Positions 9,405 to 21,009 of a stretch of 64,000 bases of DNA are shown piece after piece. The translations under genes were made by a program, and so were the position numbers. The DNA comes from Mustelus asterias (Eukaryota): positions 73,594,001 to 73,658,000 of the forward strand of contig NC_135815.1 of assembly GCF_964213995.1 (NCBI RefSeq), written 5' to 3'. Below the pieces are notes generated by a model. It was not told the origin of the DNA and ran no database searches. It saw only the letters and a program-made list of their open reading frames with translations. Within the stretch, counting starts at the first letter, position 1, and the number at the start of each line of letters is the position of its first letter.

Positions 9405-11061
9405 AAGGTCCCTCATGGCAGACTGGTGCAGAAGGTGAAGTCGCTTGAGATCAGAAGTGAGCTGGCAAGGTGGATACAGAACTGACTCAGTCATAGAAGA
9501 CATGGGGTAGCAGTGGAAGGGTGCATTACTGAATGGAGGGCTGTGACAAGTGGGCGTTCCTCAGAGATCAGTGCTGGGACCTTTGCTGTTTGTAATATAT
9601 ATAAATGATTTGGAGGAATATGTAACTGGTTTGATTATTAAGTTTGCAGACGACACAAAGGTTGGAGGATTTGTGGATAGCGATGAGGACCATCAGAGGA
9701 TGTAGCAGGACATAGATCAGTTGGAGATTTGGGCGAAGAGATGGCAGATGGAGTTTAATCCAGACAAATGTGAGGTAATGCATTTGGAAGGTCTAATACA
9801 AATAGGAAATATACAGTAAATGGCAGAACCCTTAAGAGTATTGATAGGCAGAGGGATCTGGGTGTACAGGTACACAGGTCACTGAAAGTGGCAACGCAGG
9901 TGGAGAAGGTAGTCAAGAAGGCTTACAGCATGCTTGCCTTCATCGGCCGAAGCCGTGAGTTTAAAAATTGGCAAGTCATCATGCAGCTTTATAGAACCTT
10001 AGTTAGGCCGCACTTGGAATATAGTGTTCAATTCTGGTCACCACACTATCAGAAGGATGTGGAGGCTTTGGAGAGGATACAGAAAAGATTTACCAGGATG
10101 TTACCTGGTATGGAGGGCATTAGCTATGAGGAGAGGTTGGAGAAACTTGGTTTGTTCTCACTGGAACGATGGAGGTTGAGGGGCGACCTGATAGAAGTCT
10201 ACAAGATTATGAGGGGCATGGACAGAGTGGATAGTCAGAACCTTTTTCCCAGGGTGGAAGAGTCTAGTATGAGGGGGCATAGGTTTAAGGTGTGAGGGGC
10301 AAGGTTTAAAGGAGATGTATGAGGCATGTTTTTTACAGAGGGTGGTGGGTGCCTGAAACTCGTTGCCGGAGGAGGTAGTGGAAGCAGATACGATAGTGAC
10401 ATTTAAGGGACATCTTGACAAATACATGAATAGGATGGGAATAGAGGGATATGGTCCCTGGAAGGGTCGGGGGTTTTAGTTCACTCAGACAGCATGGTTG
10501 GTGCAGGGTTGGAGGGCCAAAGGGCCTATTCCTGTGCTGTAATTTTATTTGTTCTTTGTTCGTAATTGGTAAAAATTATTGCAAATTTTCTCTCTATACA
10601 TGTTAACTGTATTCTTAAATAAACTTTGTTTGATAAAATCTCCCTAGTGGGTCATTTGAATCATACTGAAGTGAAATAACTCATGCTCACCCTCGCCAAA
10701 TTCAAAGTGCAAAACCTCTGATCTGGACAAACTACATAAAACACTTTGGAATTTCTGACCTACATTATAACAGACTGCACTAAAAAAAAAGCACCTCAGA
10801 GATTCACGACTGGCCGGGCCTGGCTGTGAAAATCGCTAACAGCCCCTGCTGTTGTCTCTCAGCCTGCTGCGCTACTTGAGCAGCACAGCAGGCTGGGAGA
10901 ATCCCGGCCTATATCTTTACTTATTCTCAGCTTCTGGGTCTAGCCTCTATCTTCCTTACCCTTCCTATATTGCACCACTGGAATCATTAACTTCTGCTGA
11001 TCTTGAATGCCTCTGCATGCTTTTATATGTTTTAACCAGTATCAGTTTCCCCAGATGTCAT

Positions 11062-11985
11062 GGGGAGGAATTTTCCATTCTATGCACTGTGTCGCAGTGG
11101 ACATGGGGAACAATGTTTTCCCGCTGACCACAATGACAGGTTTCCATAGTGTATGCTCCCCAACTAATTAAATATGCATCCATGTGAAACCCACCAGATC
11201 ACTGGCGGGTGGGCACTGATTCAGTTGCCCCAATGTAATCTCACTGCTTCCTCAGCCCAGACACCATATCTAAAACACACCAGAGAACAGCCTCCTTCAT
11301 GTCTGCAGACCATGATTGCTCCAGATGAGAGATAACCCCAAAAAATGAAAACATCTGTGCCCAAATTTAGTGACGCCCCCCTGGGTTACCTGCTGTCCAC
11401 GGAGGAGGATCACCGAAATGTCCCCTACCCTTGTGAAGGTTGTAAGTCCAACCTCCTCACCACTCCAGCTTGGGAGGTGGTAGCAAAGGCAGGCAGTTCC
11501 AACTCTTCACACAAGAGTAGAGGAAGAGGATGAATGATATCATCTATGCTGCCGGGTAAGTCCATCATTTCATTTTCTTAACTCACGGATTCACCAGCTC
11601 AGCATAGTTTCACATTGACCTCACACACTGCCAGCTCAAAGAACATCATCACTTACTCTCACTCACACCTCCAACAGGCTGCATCTTCTCAAGCTCACAT
11701 CCTCATTCTGTCCATGGCTTCACTCGCCACATACACATGCCAGGCATCCTTACTATCTGCTGTGGTGTGTATCCTGCTCACATTCTTTCCATCTGTCTTT
11801 ATGCAGAACAAGTTTGCACATAACAACAGGGAGAGGTTCCAGATCAGAGGTGAAGGGGCTAATGTTTGGCTCCTCATTCCCTGTGAAGAGCTGGAGAGGA
11901 CGTTGACTGTGCATCTGGTAATGGGGAAGTGGGTGGCGCACACCCAAGTGAGGGTTCTCCACCAGCTCATCTGTCAGGAAACCGA
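11062..11985 (+). pseudogene. Decayed Harbinger-type element: left TIR plus spliced Myb/SANT-like (NAIF1/MSANTD-like) DNA-binding gene
   Basis: TIR-like GGGGAGGAATTTTCC at 11062. VPKFSDAPLGYLL...WEVVAKA...RKRMNDII, donor GTAAGT at 11556, acceptor TTTATGCAG at 11806, then NKFAHNNRER.. Frameshifted. Family recognised from memory, not aligned. Confidence 0.6.
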
Positions 11986-12397
11986 GATAATTTTAAGTAA
12001 TCAGTATTTATACGCATGGGTATTAGGAATAAGGTATATCTGTAAATAAGTTTCTTTTTCCGTATTTGAAAGGCTTAATGACTTCACTTTGGTTTAGATC
12101 CATGCATGGTAATGAGGGTTTGCAGAGTGAAAATAAACAGAGCTTAAATGAAAACTAGGTTGTTGCTTAGCAACCAGGGGCCACCCGAGGACAGAAATAA
12201 CTTTTGAGTTATTTATAAGCTAGAGCCAGGAAGGCTGGACACAAGGAAAGGAACTGCTGAAAGCAGATTTCCCAAACGAATAAAAGAAAATCTGTGGTAG
12301 ATGAATTTACATATCAGTACTTGAGTGAAGGAGTTCAATCATTGAATTTGAAGAGTACTGCAGCCAGATTGTTATTTGGCTTTTAATTTAAACAACT

Positions 12398-12517
12398 AGG
12401 GACGGGTGTGGTGCAGTGGCATTGTCACTGGACAAGTAATCTAGAGACCCAGGGTAATGCTCTGGGGACCCGGGTTCGAATCCCACCACGGAAGATGGCG
12501 AAATCTTATGGTCTAAC
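12398..12517 (+). mobile_element. tRNA-derived SINE head fragment
   Basis: A box TGGTGCAGTGG and B box GGTTCGAATCC. Absent from the homologous LTR copy at 17810. Confidence 0.75.
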
Positions 12518-13080
12518 TTGCAAGCATTTCAGTTTAATGAGACAAAAAAGAACATTAGTCGACTCTTAAATACAACATAAACAGTTGCATCTCATTAACT
12601 GTTTTACTTAACTTTAACTCTTCACTGAACATCAACTCTCAACTGAACTTTAACTCTTAACTGCATATTAACTTTAATTATTTAACTGAAAATAGATACT
12701 ACTGAGTTTAGGAAAATCCTTGGCCAAGAAATATCCCTGATGTAGAATCTATCTCCTTCTCTGAAGCATACTGCAGGATGCATATCTTGTGAAGGTTAGT
12801 CTCTATCGCTGGCAAACAAAGGACTACAGTGACTTTTATCCACAAATCCTCCACTTGCTCCAGAAGATTCTCTGTCATCTAGCCAACTGTGTAACCAGAA
12901 ACCGATCACATGGCTCAAACATCCAATGAAATTACTTGTGAACACATACTTCAAATTGCATGTTCCACACATAATATAATTCGAGGCCATGATGTCTGTT
13001 CGAGTGTAAACAACTTCCCTTATTTAGTCAACACGGGAAGCTTCAGATCACAATTCCCAGACCAGACCAGGTGGCACAGT

Positions 13081-13390
13081 GGGGCGGCACGGTGACACAG
13101 TGGTTAGCACTGCTGCCTCATAGCTCCAGGGACTCGGTTCGATTCCCGGCTTGGGTCACTGTGTGGAGTTTGCATGTTCTCCCCGTGTCTGCGTGGGTTT
13201 CCTTCGGGTGTTCCAGTTTCCTCCCACAATCTGAAAAATGTGCTCGTCAGGTGGATTGGCCATGCTAAATTCTCCCTCAGTGTACCTGAACAGGCGCCGG
13301 AGTGTGGCAACTAGGGGATTTTCACAGTAACTTCATTGCAGTGTTAATGTAAGCCCACTTGTGACAATAATAAATAAACTTTAAACTTTC
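13081..13390 (+). mobile_element. V-SINE (HE1-like head and V domain) with non-CR1 tail
   Basis: tRNA-like head (B box GGTTCGATTCC), V domain CCCCGTGTCTGCGTGGGTTTCC, tail ...CATTGCAGTGTTAATGTAAGCC...AATAAATAAACTTT. Confidence 0.88.
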
Positions 13391-14177
13391 AAGATCCTGA
13401 CTTAGAGCAACTTTACGACCTGCATCTGATTTTAATTATAAATTGACCAAAAATCCCAACATGCTTAAGCCTCACCCAGAATTGCCATGTTAAAGCCACT
13501 AATGCCATTATTGTTGTTAAATCATTATTGTAGCTGTTCTTTTGCCATCTACAGTCCCTTCTCTTGATCCTGGACCATAAAGCGAAATGGATCACAGACC
13601 ATAACCAAACTCTTTCCCAACAGGCAGTATCAAAATCCAGCCAAATTAACGATGAACATATTACAACTGTTATCTTTACAATTAACAGAATTTTGTTTTC
13701 ATAATAACATTTCAATATGCAACTGTTGTATTATTTCTTTTTTTCATCTTACAGACTGATCAGTAAACAGTATCAAATAAATTGAAGTGGACAATATAAT
13801 CAATCGTGCAATAGGGGACATCAGACAAACTAAAGGATGAATTAGTATATTTAGAACCCCAATTTCAGAAATCATCCCACCAATTTGTTTCCTTATATTC
13901 TGATCAATAGTTGAAGAGTTATCACTTGAATGAAAATGTGATAAGCAGTAGCTAAACGTGGTTTAATATATTCCAAATTTTAAACCATTTTAGGTCCAGA
14001 GTTAGGCACAGGATCATAATTTGTCATTGGTAGAGATGGAACAGGGAAACAAAATTTAAATTTGGATTTAGGAGGGTCATGTACCAAAAGATGCTGAAGG
14101 AGTAGGTTTAACTCTTATTTAATAATTAAAAATGATCCATATTTGCATAATAAAGGTGTTTGTCACAACTACCATAT

Positions 14178-15119
14178 GGGCCTGATTTTACCATTCGGTT
14201 GCGCCTATTTCCGGGCGCAATAACCTGGTGAAGTTGGGGGTGAGGCAAGTAACGTGATCCACGCCCATCTCTGCGCCAGTTCCCCCCTTTACCAAGGCCC
14301 GAAAACGGCTGCGATTGGGACCGCGCCCAAAACAGATGCGATGGCCATTTAAATGCATTTGCATGCATTTAAATTGACTTAATGGGAGGCACGCCCAACT
14401 TTACCAGCACTTGCCCCTTTACCACCTCGTTCGCCCACTCAGAATCGGCGCGAAACAGACATACTCCATAGAAATCCAATTTGGGCGCTCCAGTTAGTGA
14501 GGGGGTAGGTGCCGAGTGTCCGACGGCTCTCTGCTTGAGATCAGTGGGGGTGGGGGTCCGCTGCCATTCTGCTTGAGATTGGTGGGGGGGAGGGGGGTCC
14601 ATTGCCACTCTGCCTGCGATCAGTGAAGGGAAAGGGGGGTCCACTGCACTCTGCTTGAGATTGGTGAGGGTGAACGGGTCCACTGCCATTTTACCTGAGA
14701 TCGGTGGAGGGGGAGGGGGGTCCATTGTCATTCTGCCTGAGATCGGTGGGGGGGGGCCGTGATTGGTATGGGTGGTGGAGGGGGTGGGTGGATAACGGGG
14801 TCAGTAATATTGTGGGGGTGGGGCAATGTCTGTGGGAGCCAGGGGAAGGCATTATCCAGCCCAGGAGGGATGTGGCAGGGGAACAGCATTCTATCACTTC
14901 TTCTGCGCATGGGCAGTTGGAGGCATCAATCGGAGCTGCAGGGTTTCAGGCGTGTTAAACCCCGCCCACAGGCTTCTGCAGCGTGATTCAGAATTGCTGA
15001 TATTTTTTCAGGCAGAGTGCATATGGGGGCGCCTTAGAACTGGTCTTAAGGTCGGATTTGAAACACTCCCAGTTTTAAGTCCACCCAGCACTTAGAATTA
15101 AAATGGTAAAATAGGGCCC
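14178..15119. mobile_element. Harbinger-like MITE with internal ~40-bp tandem array
   Basis: TIRs GGGCCTGATTTTACCATT / AATGGTAAAATAGGGCCC. TAT TSD at 14175-14177 and 15120-15122. Confidence 0.85.
14529..14757 (+). repeat. Six ~38-42 bp tandem units: GGTCCACTGCCACTCTGCCTGAGATCGGTG plus G-rich linker
   Basis: Six recognisable copies of CTCTGCYTGAGATYRGTG separated by G-runs. Confidence 0.85.
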
Positions 15120-15633
15120 TATAAATCTGAACTTCCAACTATCACAGCTCAAAATGTATCTCCTATTAGCATACACATGCTATGTTCTTTTATGACTCTA
15201 TTAACCCGATGTATCCAATATACAAGCAAGAAGTAATTCAAGTGATTTTCTGCCAGTTGAACAAATTGTAGAGAAACTCTTCCATCATTGCCTCAGCTTT
15301 TGGCTTTTTATTTACGAATAATATGATCTGCACAAATTGTTTATTTGTTCCTCTCCTAAGAGTTTTGACTCCTGTAACCCCAGATAACTAAATAATAGGA
15401 AAACCTGTCATCTGTTGTAATGTCACTGACACTTTCCAGAGCCCTTACCTTTCACAGGAAATTAACTCCTAACTTATTAGCATTTAGGTACATTGAATCA
15501 AACAGATTTTACATGTCCACATATGCATTTCCTTAGATAATATTTACTCAACATAGGAAACACACAAAACAAACAGATATTACTTTGTAAAATGATTCCA
15601 GATTCAAATGGTGACATCATAAACTGATAATAT

Positions 15634-16711
15634 GGCCGCGATTCTCCCAAAAGTGTTGAATTGGTGGTATAACTGTTCTAAATCCTGACTGTTCTGTCAG
15701 TTCAGCTTCTCACCTGAATCTTCACACTCTGTGTAATGCAGAGGTCCCAGTCGTGAATCTCATTAAAAACCCAGGGGGGCGCCGTCTCTTCGCACCAGGG
15801 TCTGAAAGCTCTGGAACTCTGCGCATGTGCAGTGGCTCTGATCTGTCAGTCTCCCCATTTGTTGGCCGGCTCAATCGCTGGATCCCCACAGTGTTGCCCC
15901 TCCAACCCCCCGCCACGGCCCGATTGCAGCCCCCATAGCAATTCCCGAGCCAGCCCTGACACCCCCCCCTCCCCCCCTGCCCTGGAGCGCCCTGATGTAC
16001 AGCCCATCCCCCCCACCCCAGCAGTAGCGATCCCCCCACCACCCTTACCCCAGCAGACCTCCCTCCCGCTGACCTCCCCCTCCGAGGTCAGAACCCCCCC
16101 CCCCCCAAAGGGGCAGCCCTCCTCCCGGCAGACCACCCCCCCAGCCTGATCCTGTCTGCAGAGTGACAGCAGGACCCTCTACCCCCTAGCCTCTAGGCCC
16201 TGCCCACAAGTGGCCCCACCCCCTTGGCACTGTCCGATGCCCAGTGGGCAGTGCCAAGGTGCTCCCTGCATGGACACTTTGCCCCTTGGGCAGTGCCAGT
16301 GGGCACAGGCTGGCACTGCCAGGGTGCCCATGCCCAGGGGGCACCACCCTCCCACCGCCCGACCCCCTGGGGGGGCCAAGATTGCCCCCTCTTCAATCCG
16401 GCGGGGTCTCCTGCTAGTTTCCCGAACGTGGGGAGCTAGTCTGAACCCTGCCGGAATGAAGTACTCCTGGTGGGGTGGGAGATTCAATGGGATCTGAAAG
16501 GTCCTGATAATGAGCTAATAAACATATTTCAAATACATGCAAAAAGATTTAAATGACTTACCTGCCTTCCCGTCGGTTTCCAGCATGGTATCACTGGCTC
16601 TGGGAGATGGGCATGCATTCCCGACGCAAATCCCTGTTCAAGGCCGGAGATATGCGTCTCCCACCGTGACCCGACTGAAAGGTTGTGGGTCACAATGGAA
16701 GAATCATGGCC
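15634..16711. mobile_element. Harbinger-like MITE (same family as 26968-28115)
   Basis: TIRs GGCCGCGATTCTCCC / GGAAGAATCATGGCC. Flanks TAT/AAT. Colinear with the 27-kb copy. Confidence 0.82.
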
Positions 16712-17309
16712 AATATTTCAATTTATCCCTCTTCAGCAACAAATAAAAAGTTTATTTCCTCAAAACACAAGGCCCATACAGATTCTCTTTACATTACCCT
16801 TTATTTGTCAAAAATAATAATTTATTTATCCTTTTAGAATTTAGGTAACTTCCCATTTATATGAATTGGCTATTGCAAGCACTCAATTTATTTAATCAAT
16901 TAAATATTAGAAACCGTAATACTTAAGTATAGCCAATCACTTTAATTCAAAGATTAACAGTGAGAAAATCTGAATGAGACAAAACCTTCAGGTCTCAATT
17001 ATCACTAAGTTGTGATAAACAATATTGAAGTCTTGAAGCTGCTGGACTCGAATATTATCTGTAATTCACGATCCACCTGTTTAAAACTAAACACAAAAAA
17101 TACATTTGGCTTGGAGCCAAATGAGTTAATTTGGTAACATTTGGAGGGTAACATTTCTCACTACCCCTTTTTTGGAAGCAAAGGGCCCCTTGTGTTCTTT
17201 GTGATGTCAGTCAGAGTTTGAGTTTGTGCTCCTTACCCCACATGGTCTGTTTTAATGGGATTCATGAGCATAGCATTTTCTAATAGGATATAAAATGACA
17301 TCGTTCACC

Positions 17310-19200
17310 AGATACAGCAGGAACCTGCAGTCAGCAATGGCGCCAAAACCAAAGAAATAGCCACAAGGCGGAAATCGACTTGAGCCACTAATAGGACAAG
17401 AAGATTTAGAAAAGGTAAACAATCAACAAAGTTTGAAGTGGAATATTACTGATGTGGAGATAGACACTCCCCGAATCTTGGAGTCACAAGAAGGCTGAAT
17501 GTTTTTTATTGTCATAGGAGGGGCAACTTAAGGCATAGGTGCAGAGCCAAGTCAGGCCAACTGAGTAGCCGATTAAAAATACGACACCAGTAAACAATGT
17601 GGAATAGTCTAACACCAACAATTTAAATACTCACTCACTGTATAATATAAAAGCAGATGAGATAGCCTCTATTACTGTAATGTACTAGGTAAATGGGAAA
17701 CCTATTAAGATGAAAGTTGATACAGCGGCAGCAGTTATAGGTGAACATACATATTGGTACTTGAATGAAGGAGTTCAAAAATTGAATTTGAAGAGTACTG
17801 CAGCCAATTTGTTATTCGCCTTTTAATTAAACACCTTGCAAGCATTTCAGTTTAATGAGACAAACAAGAACATTACTCAACTCTTTAATTCATTCAACAG
17901 TTCCTTTATTTATTTTACACTTGCAGTACCAACTCAGACATAAACAGTTGCAACTCATTAACTCTTTTACTGAATTTTAACTCTTAACTGAACATCAACT
18001 CTCAACTGAACCTTAACTCTTAGTTGTACATTAACTGTAATTATTTAACTGAAAATAGATATTACTGAGTTTAGAAAAAACTTTGGCCAAGAAATATCCC
18101 CGCTGTAGAATCTATCTTCTTCTCTGAAGCATCCTTCAGGGTGCATGTCTTGAGATGGTTAATCTCTATAGAGTTGTCGCTAGCAGACAAAGGACAGCAG
18201 TGACTTTTATCCACAAATCCTCCACTTGCTTCCAGAAGATTCTCTGTCATCCAGCAAACTGTGTAACTAGAAACTGATTATATGGCTCAAACATCCAATG
18301 AAATTTCTTGTGAACAACGCCATTATGCTTACTTTAAACTGCATGTTCCACACTTAACAGCAATATAATTCGAGGCCACAGTGTCTGTTTGAATGTAAAC
18401 AACTTTTCCTTATTTAATCAACACAGGAAACATCAGATCACAGTTCCTGAGTCAGAGCAACTTTACAACCTGCATCTGGTCTTAGTTATAAGTTGACCAA
18501 AAATCCTAGCATGCCTATCTCATCCAGAATAGCCATTTTAAAGCCACTATTGCCATTATTGTTGTTAAATCATTGCTGTACCCTTTCTTTCTCCTACAAA
18601 TTTAACTTATGCTGGAGAAGCTGTAAAAAATAGTGGGCACTACAATGGCACATGTTAGTTATGGGCAACGGTCTGCCCAATTCCGAGTGTTCTTAGTGAC
18701 AGGCAGAGGACCAACTCTTCTCAGCTACGATCAGCTTAAGAAAATCAAGTTAAATTTTACCAGGAATTTCCAAGTGCGGGAAGGAGGACTTCTAGAAGAA
18801 ATATGACAGTGTCTTCAAGGATGAATCAGGCAAAATAAAAGGCCCGCAAGCAAAGATCTATGTGGACACAAATGCGATCCCTCAATTCTTTAGGGTGAGA
18901 CTAGTACCACATTCTTTTTGAGAGAAAGTACATACTGAATTAAAGTGATTGGAAGAACTGGGCATTATCCAGTCAATTCAGTTCTTGGAATAGACAGCAC
19001 CCATAATTTCCATATTGAAACTGGAGAAGACCGTCTGCAATTGTGGTGATTAACTCGAGCTGCCATGTTAGATAAATATCCAACCCCGAAGATTGAAGAC
19101 CTGTATGCAAAGCTGGCTGGAGGTCAATCATATACAAAGATGGATATGAGTCGTGCCTATTAACAACTCAAAATAAATGAGGTTATGTCACAATAATATC
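17310..19200 (+). mobile_element. Decayed Gypsy gag-pol fragment (zinc knuckles, protease, RT start), split by a solo LTR
   Basis: CFYCHRRG knuckle (~17500). VNGKPIKMKVDTAAA protease (~17690). STAAN|LTYAGE continuity across the LTR. DKYPTPKIEDLYAKLAGG...MDMSRAY RT start. Confidence 0.82.
17810..18598 (-). mobile_element. Solo LTR (family B, copy 2) with 4-bp TSD
   Basis: TGT...ACA ends. AATT at 17806-17809 and 18599-18602. Removing it restores the Gypsy protease frame. Confidence 0.85.
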
Positions 19201-19204
19201 ACAA

Positions 19205-19592
19205 TAATATCCCTCCAACACTGGTACATTGATTGCAGTATATGCCATCTGTAAGATGCACTGCAGAAATTTGTCAAGGCTTCTTCAACAACATCTCTAA
19301 AATCCATGACTTCCACCACATAGAAGGGCAGCAGGAACATAAGAATACCATCACTGCAAATTCTTCTCCAAGTCGCAAATTGTCCAGACTTGGAAAAATG
19401 TTACTCTTCCATTTTGGTGCTAGGTCAAAATCCTGGAACTCCCTGGCTAACAGCATGTGGATATACCTACACCCCCCATATAGACTGCAGCAGTTCATGT
19501 CAGTGGATTCCTACCACCTTTTCAGGGGCAATTGGGGATGGGCAATAAATGCTGGCTTTGTCACCAACATCCACATCACATGAATGAATTTT
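19205..19592 (+). mobile_element. 3' end of a CR1/L2-group LINE (tail GGCAATAAATGCTGG...CACATGAATGAAT)
   Basis: Decayed 'IYKMHC'-type RT C-terminus. The same tail occurs in reverse at ~28550-28700, ~29250-29470 and ~52145-52200. Confidence 0.65.
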
Positions 19593-21009
19593 AAGAAGTG
19601 CCTCAATGAAGTACAATTTGATGTGTTTCCACATTGAAAACATTATATAAATGCATGTTTTTATTGTGCTTAAACATAATTGCGGCATATTTTACATTCA
19701 CTCAAACAGCCTCATTACCTTACATCTCTGTTTAATGTTCTTATCTAAAAGGCAGCATCTCCAATGGTGTAGCACTTCCTTAGATGTGAACATGACCTGA
19801 AGTGGGGCTTGCTCAGTGACCCACAATAAACCTATTTTTTTACCTTCCACTCTTTTTGAGCTTGCAAGAACCCCATGCCTTTACGTACCATTATGCCCAT
19901 GTTTATTCCCGTATTTGTATTTGTCCTTTTGCCATCTACACCCTTTTTTGATCCTGAATCTATCTCTAGCTCTCTCTGTTATTGTTCCTCTTCCATCACC
20001 ACATTGAACATAAGAACATTGGCTCAAATATGGAATTTTCTGCCATATACTCCTATTAGTATCTGATAGATTTGCACTTTGAATATTTTGTTGAATTGTG
20101 GTCCTTGCCCATGACAAAGAATATCAAAACTCTGACCAAGGTGCAGAGAAAACAAACCAAGATTATGCTAAACCACAGAGCTCTGAGTTAGAAGGATATG
20201 ATCCAGTTAGGACAATTCTGTATGGAGAAACGCAGGCCAGAAGAAAATTTGAAGTTCAAGAAAGATTAGTGGGACACTGATTTATTTGAGATGGATACAG
20301 ATGGTGGGTCTGTCATATCTACTTAGTCCATAGTCAAAGAGTTAGGTTCAAATGTCAGGTAATATTTAATTTTACAGAGGGCCACCACCTTCTGGAACAA
20401 ACTGGAAAGACATTTGTCACCAATACTTTGAATAAGTTGCATTTATTAATGGTTATGAGAGGAATGTGAAACTGCTGTCTCCAAGAGCTAGCTTTGTTTT
20501 CTTGCAAATTTACCAGAGTTGTTCCTGAATTGACTCCATATTTAGTCTTTGGATTCTTGCCTCTCCCAGGAACTAGTGTATTTAGGGGCCGGTGGAGCTA
20601 ATGTTCAAAGTACAACAGATGAAAGTGGGCTGGAAACATTAGACATAAAAGCCAATAGCTGGAAATGTAAGTTGCAAGGCTTCCAAACAGCCTGAAAATA
20701 TGGGAGAGGTGTCATTTACAGCCTGGGTGAAATTTGATAATTAAAGCTAAACCTGTTTGCCTAACCAATATAGTTGAGGGAAACTTTGCGTCGCTCACCT
20801 TTAATGGAAAGAGTTTTTCAATAAAACAATTGATAATCTGAATAAAGAAATCACTGAATTCTCACTTGGCTGTTGGCCCTCACATGATGGAAGTTCTTCA
20901 AAGCATTCTGTCGCAAACATAGGAGGCAGCTTTAATAAGTGGGATTGTACATGACTTATGTTTGAAGAATTTCCAACATATCACGAATCATCAAGGCATT
21001 GCCTCCAGG

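Larger units (their letters stand above)
8935..10561 (+). mobile_element. 5'-truncated, decayed CR1 LINE
   Basis: RT motifs (FADDTK at ~9643; ORF 9888..10295) with stops and frameshifts. 3' hairpin and TTGTTCTTTGTTC tail. Confidence 0.92.
8319..10772 (+). mobile_element. Probable solo LTR (TGTGAT...ATAACA), interrupted by a CR1
   Basis: TG...CA ends. AT-rich LTR-like sequence with AATAAA near 10618 flanks the CR1 on both sides. TSD not evident. Confidence 0.5.
7401..10909. mobile_element. Non-autonomous TIR DNA element (PIF/Harbinger-like MITE), interrupted at 8319-10772
   Basis: TIRs GGCAGGGATTCTCC / GGAGAATCCCGGCC (1 mismatch). TAT on both flanks (7398-7400, 10910-10912). Internal TGGCACTGCCC/GGGCAGTGCCA motifs shared with other copies. 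Confidence 0.75.
12370..13553 (-). mobile_element. LTR (family B, copy 1) with adjacent PPT, probably the 3' LTR of a minus-strand element; carries two SINE insertions
   Basis: TGT...ACA ends. Colinear with 17810-18598. Minus-strand purine tract AAGAGAAGGGAC at 13554-13565. Confidence 0.7.

Noticed and set aside
12398-12490. tRNA gene
   Set aside because: A and B boxes are present but there is no cloverleaf. It is an insertion relative to the sister LTR, so it is a SINE head.
14529-14757. Repeat-spacer pattern resembling a CRISPR array
   Set aside because: Vertebrate context, linkers are short related G-runs, no cas genes, and it lies inside a MITE.
15722-16497. Cluster of Pro/Gly-rich ORFs (also 7600-8300, 27089-27945, 47291-47738)
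   Set aside because: By-products of GC-rich MITE interiors; the frames are not conserved between copies.
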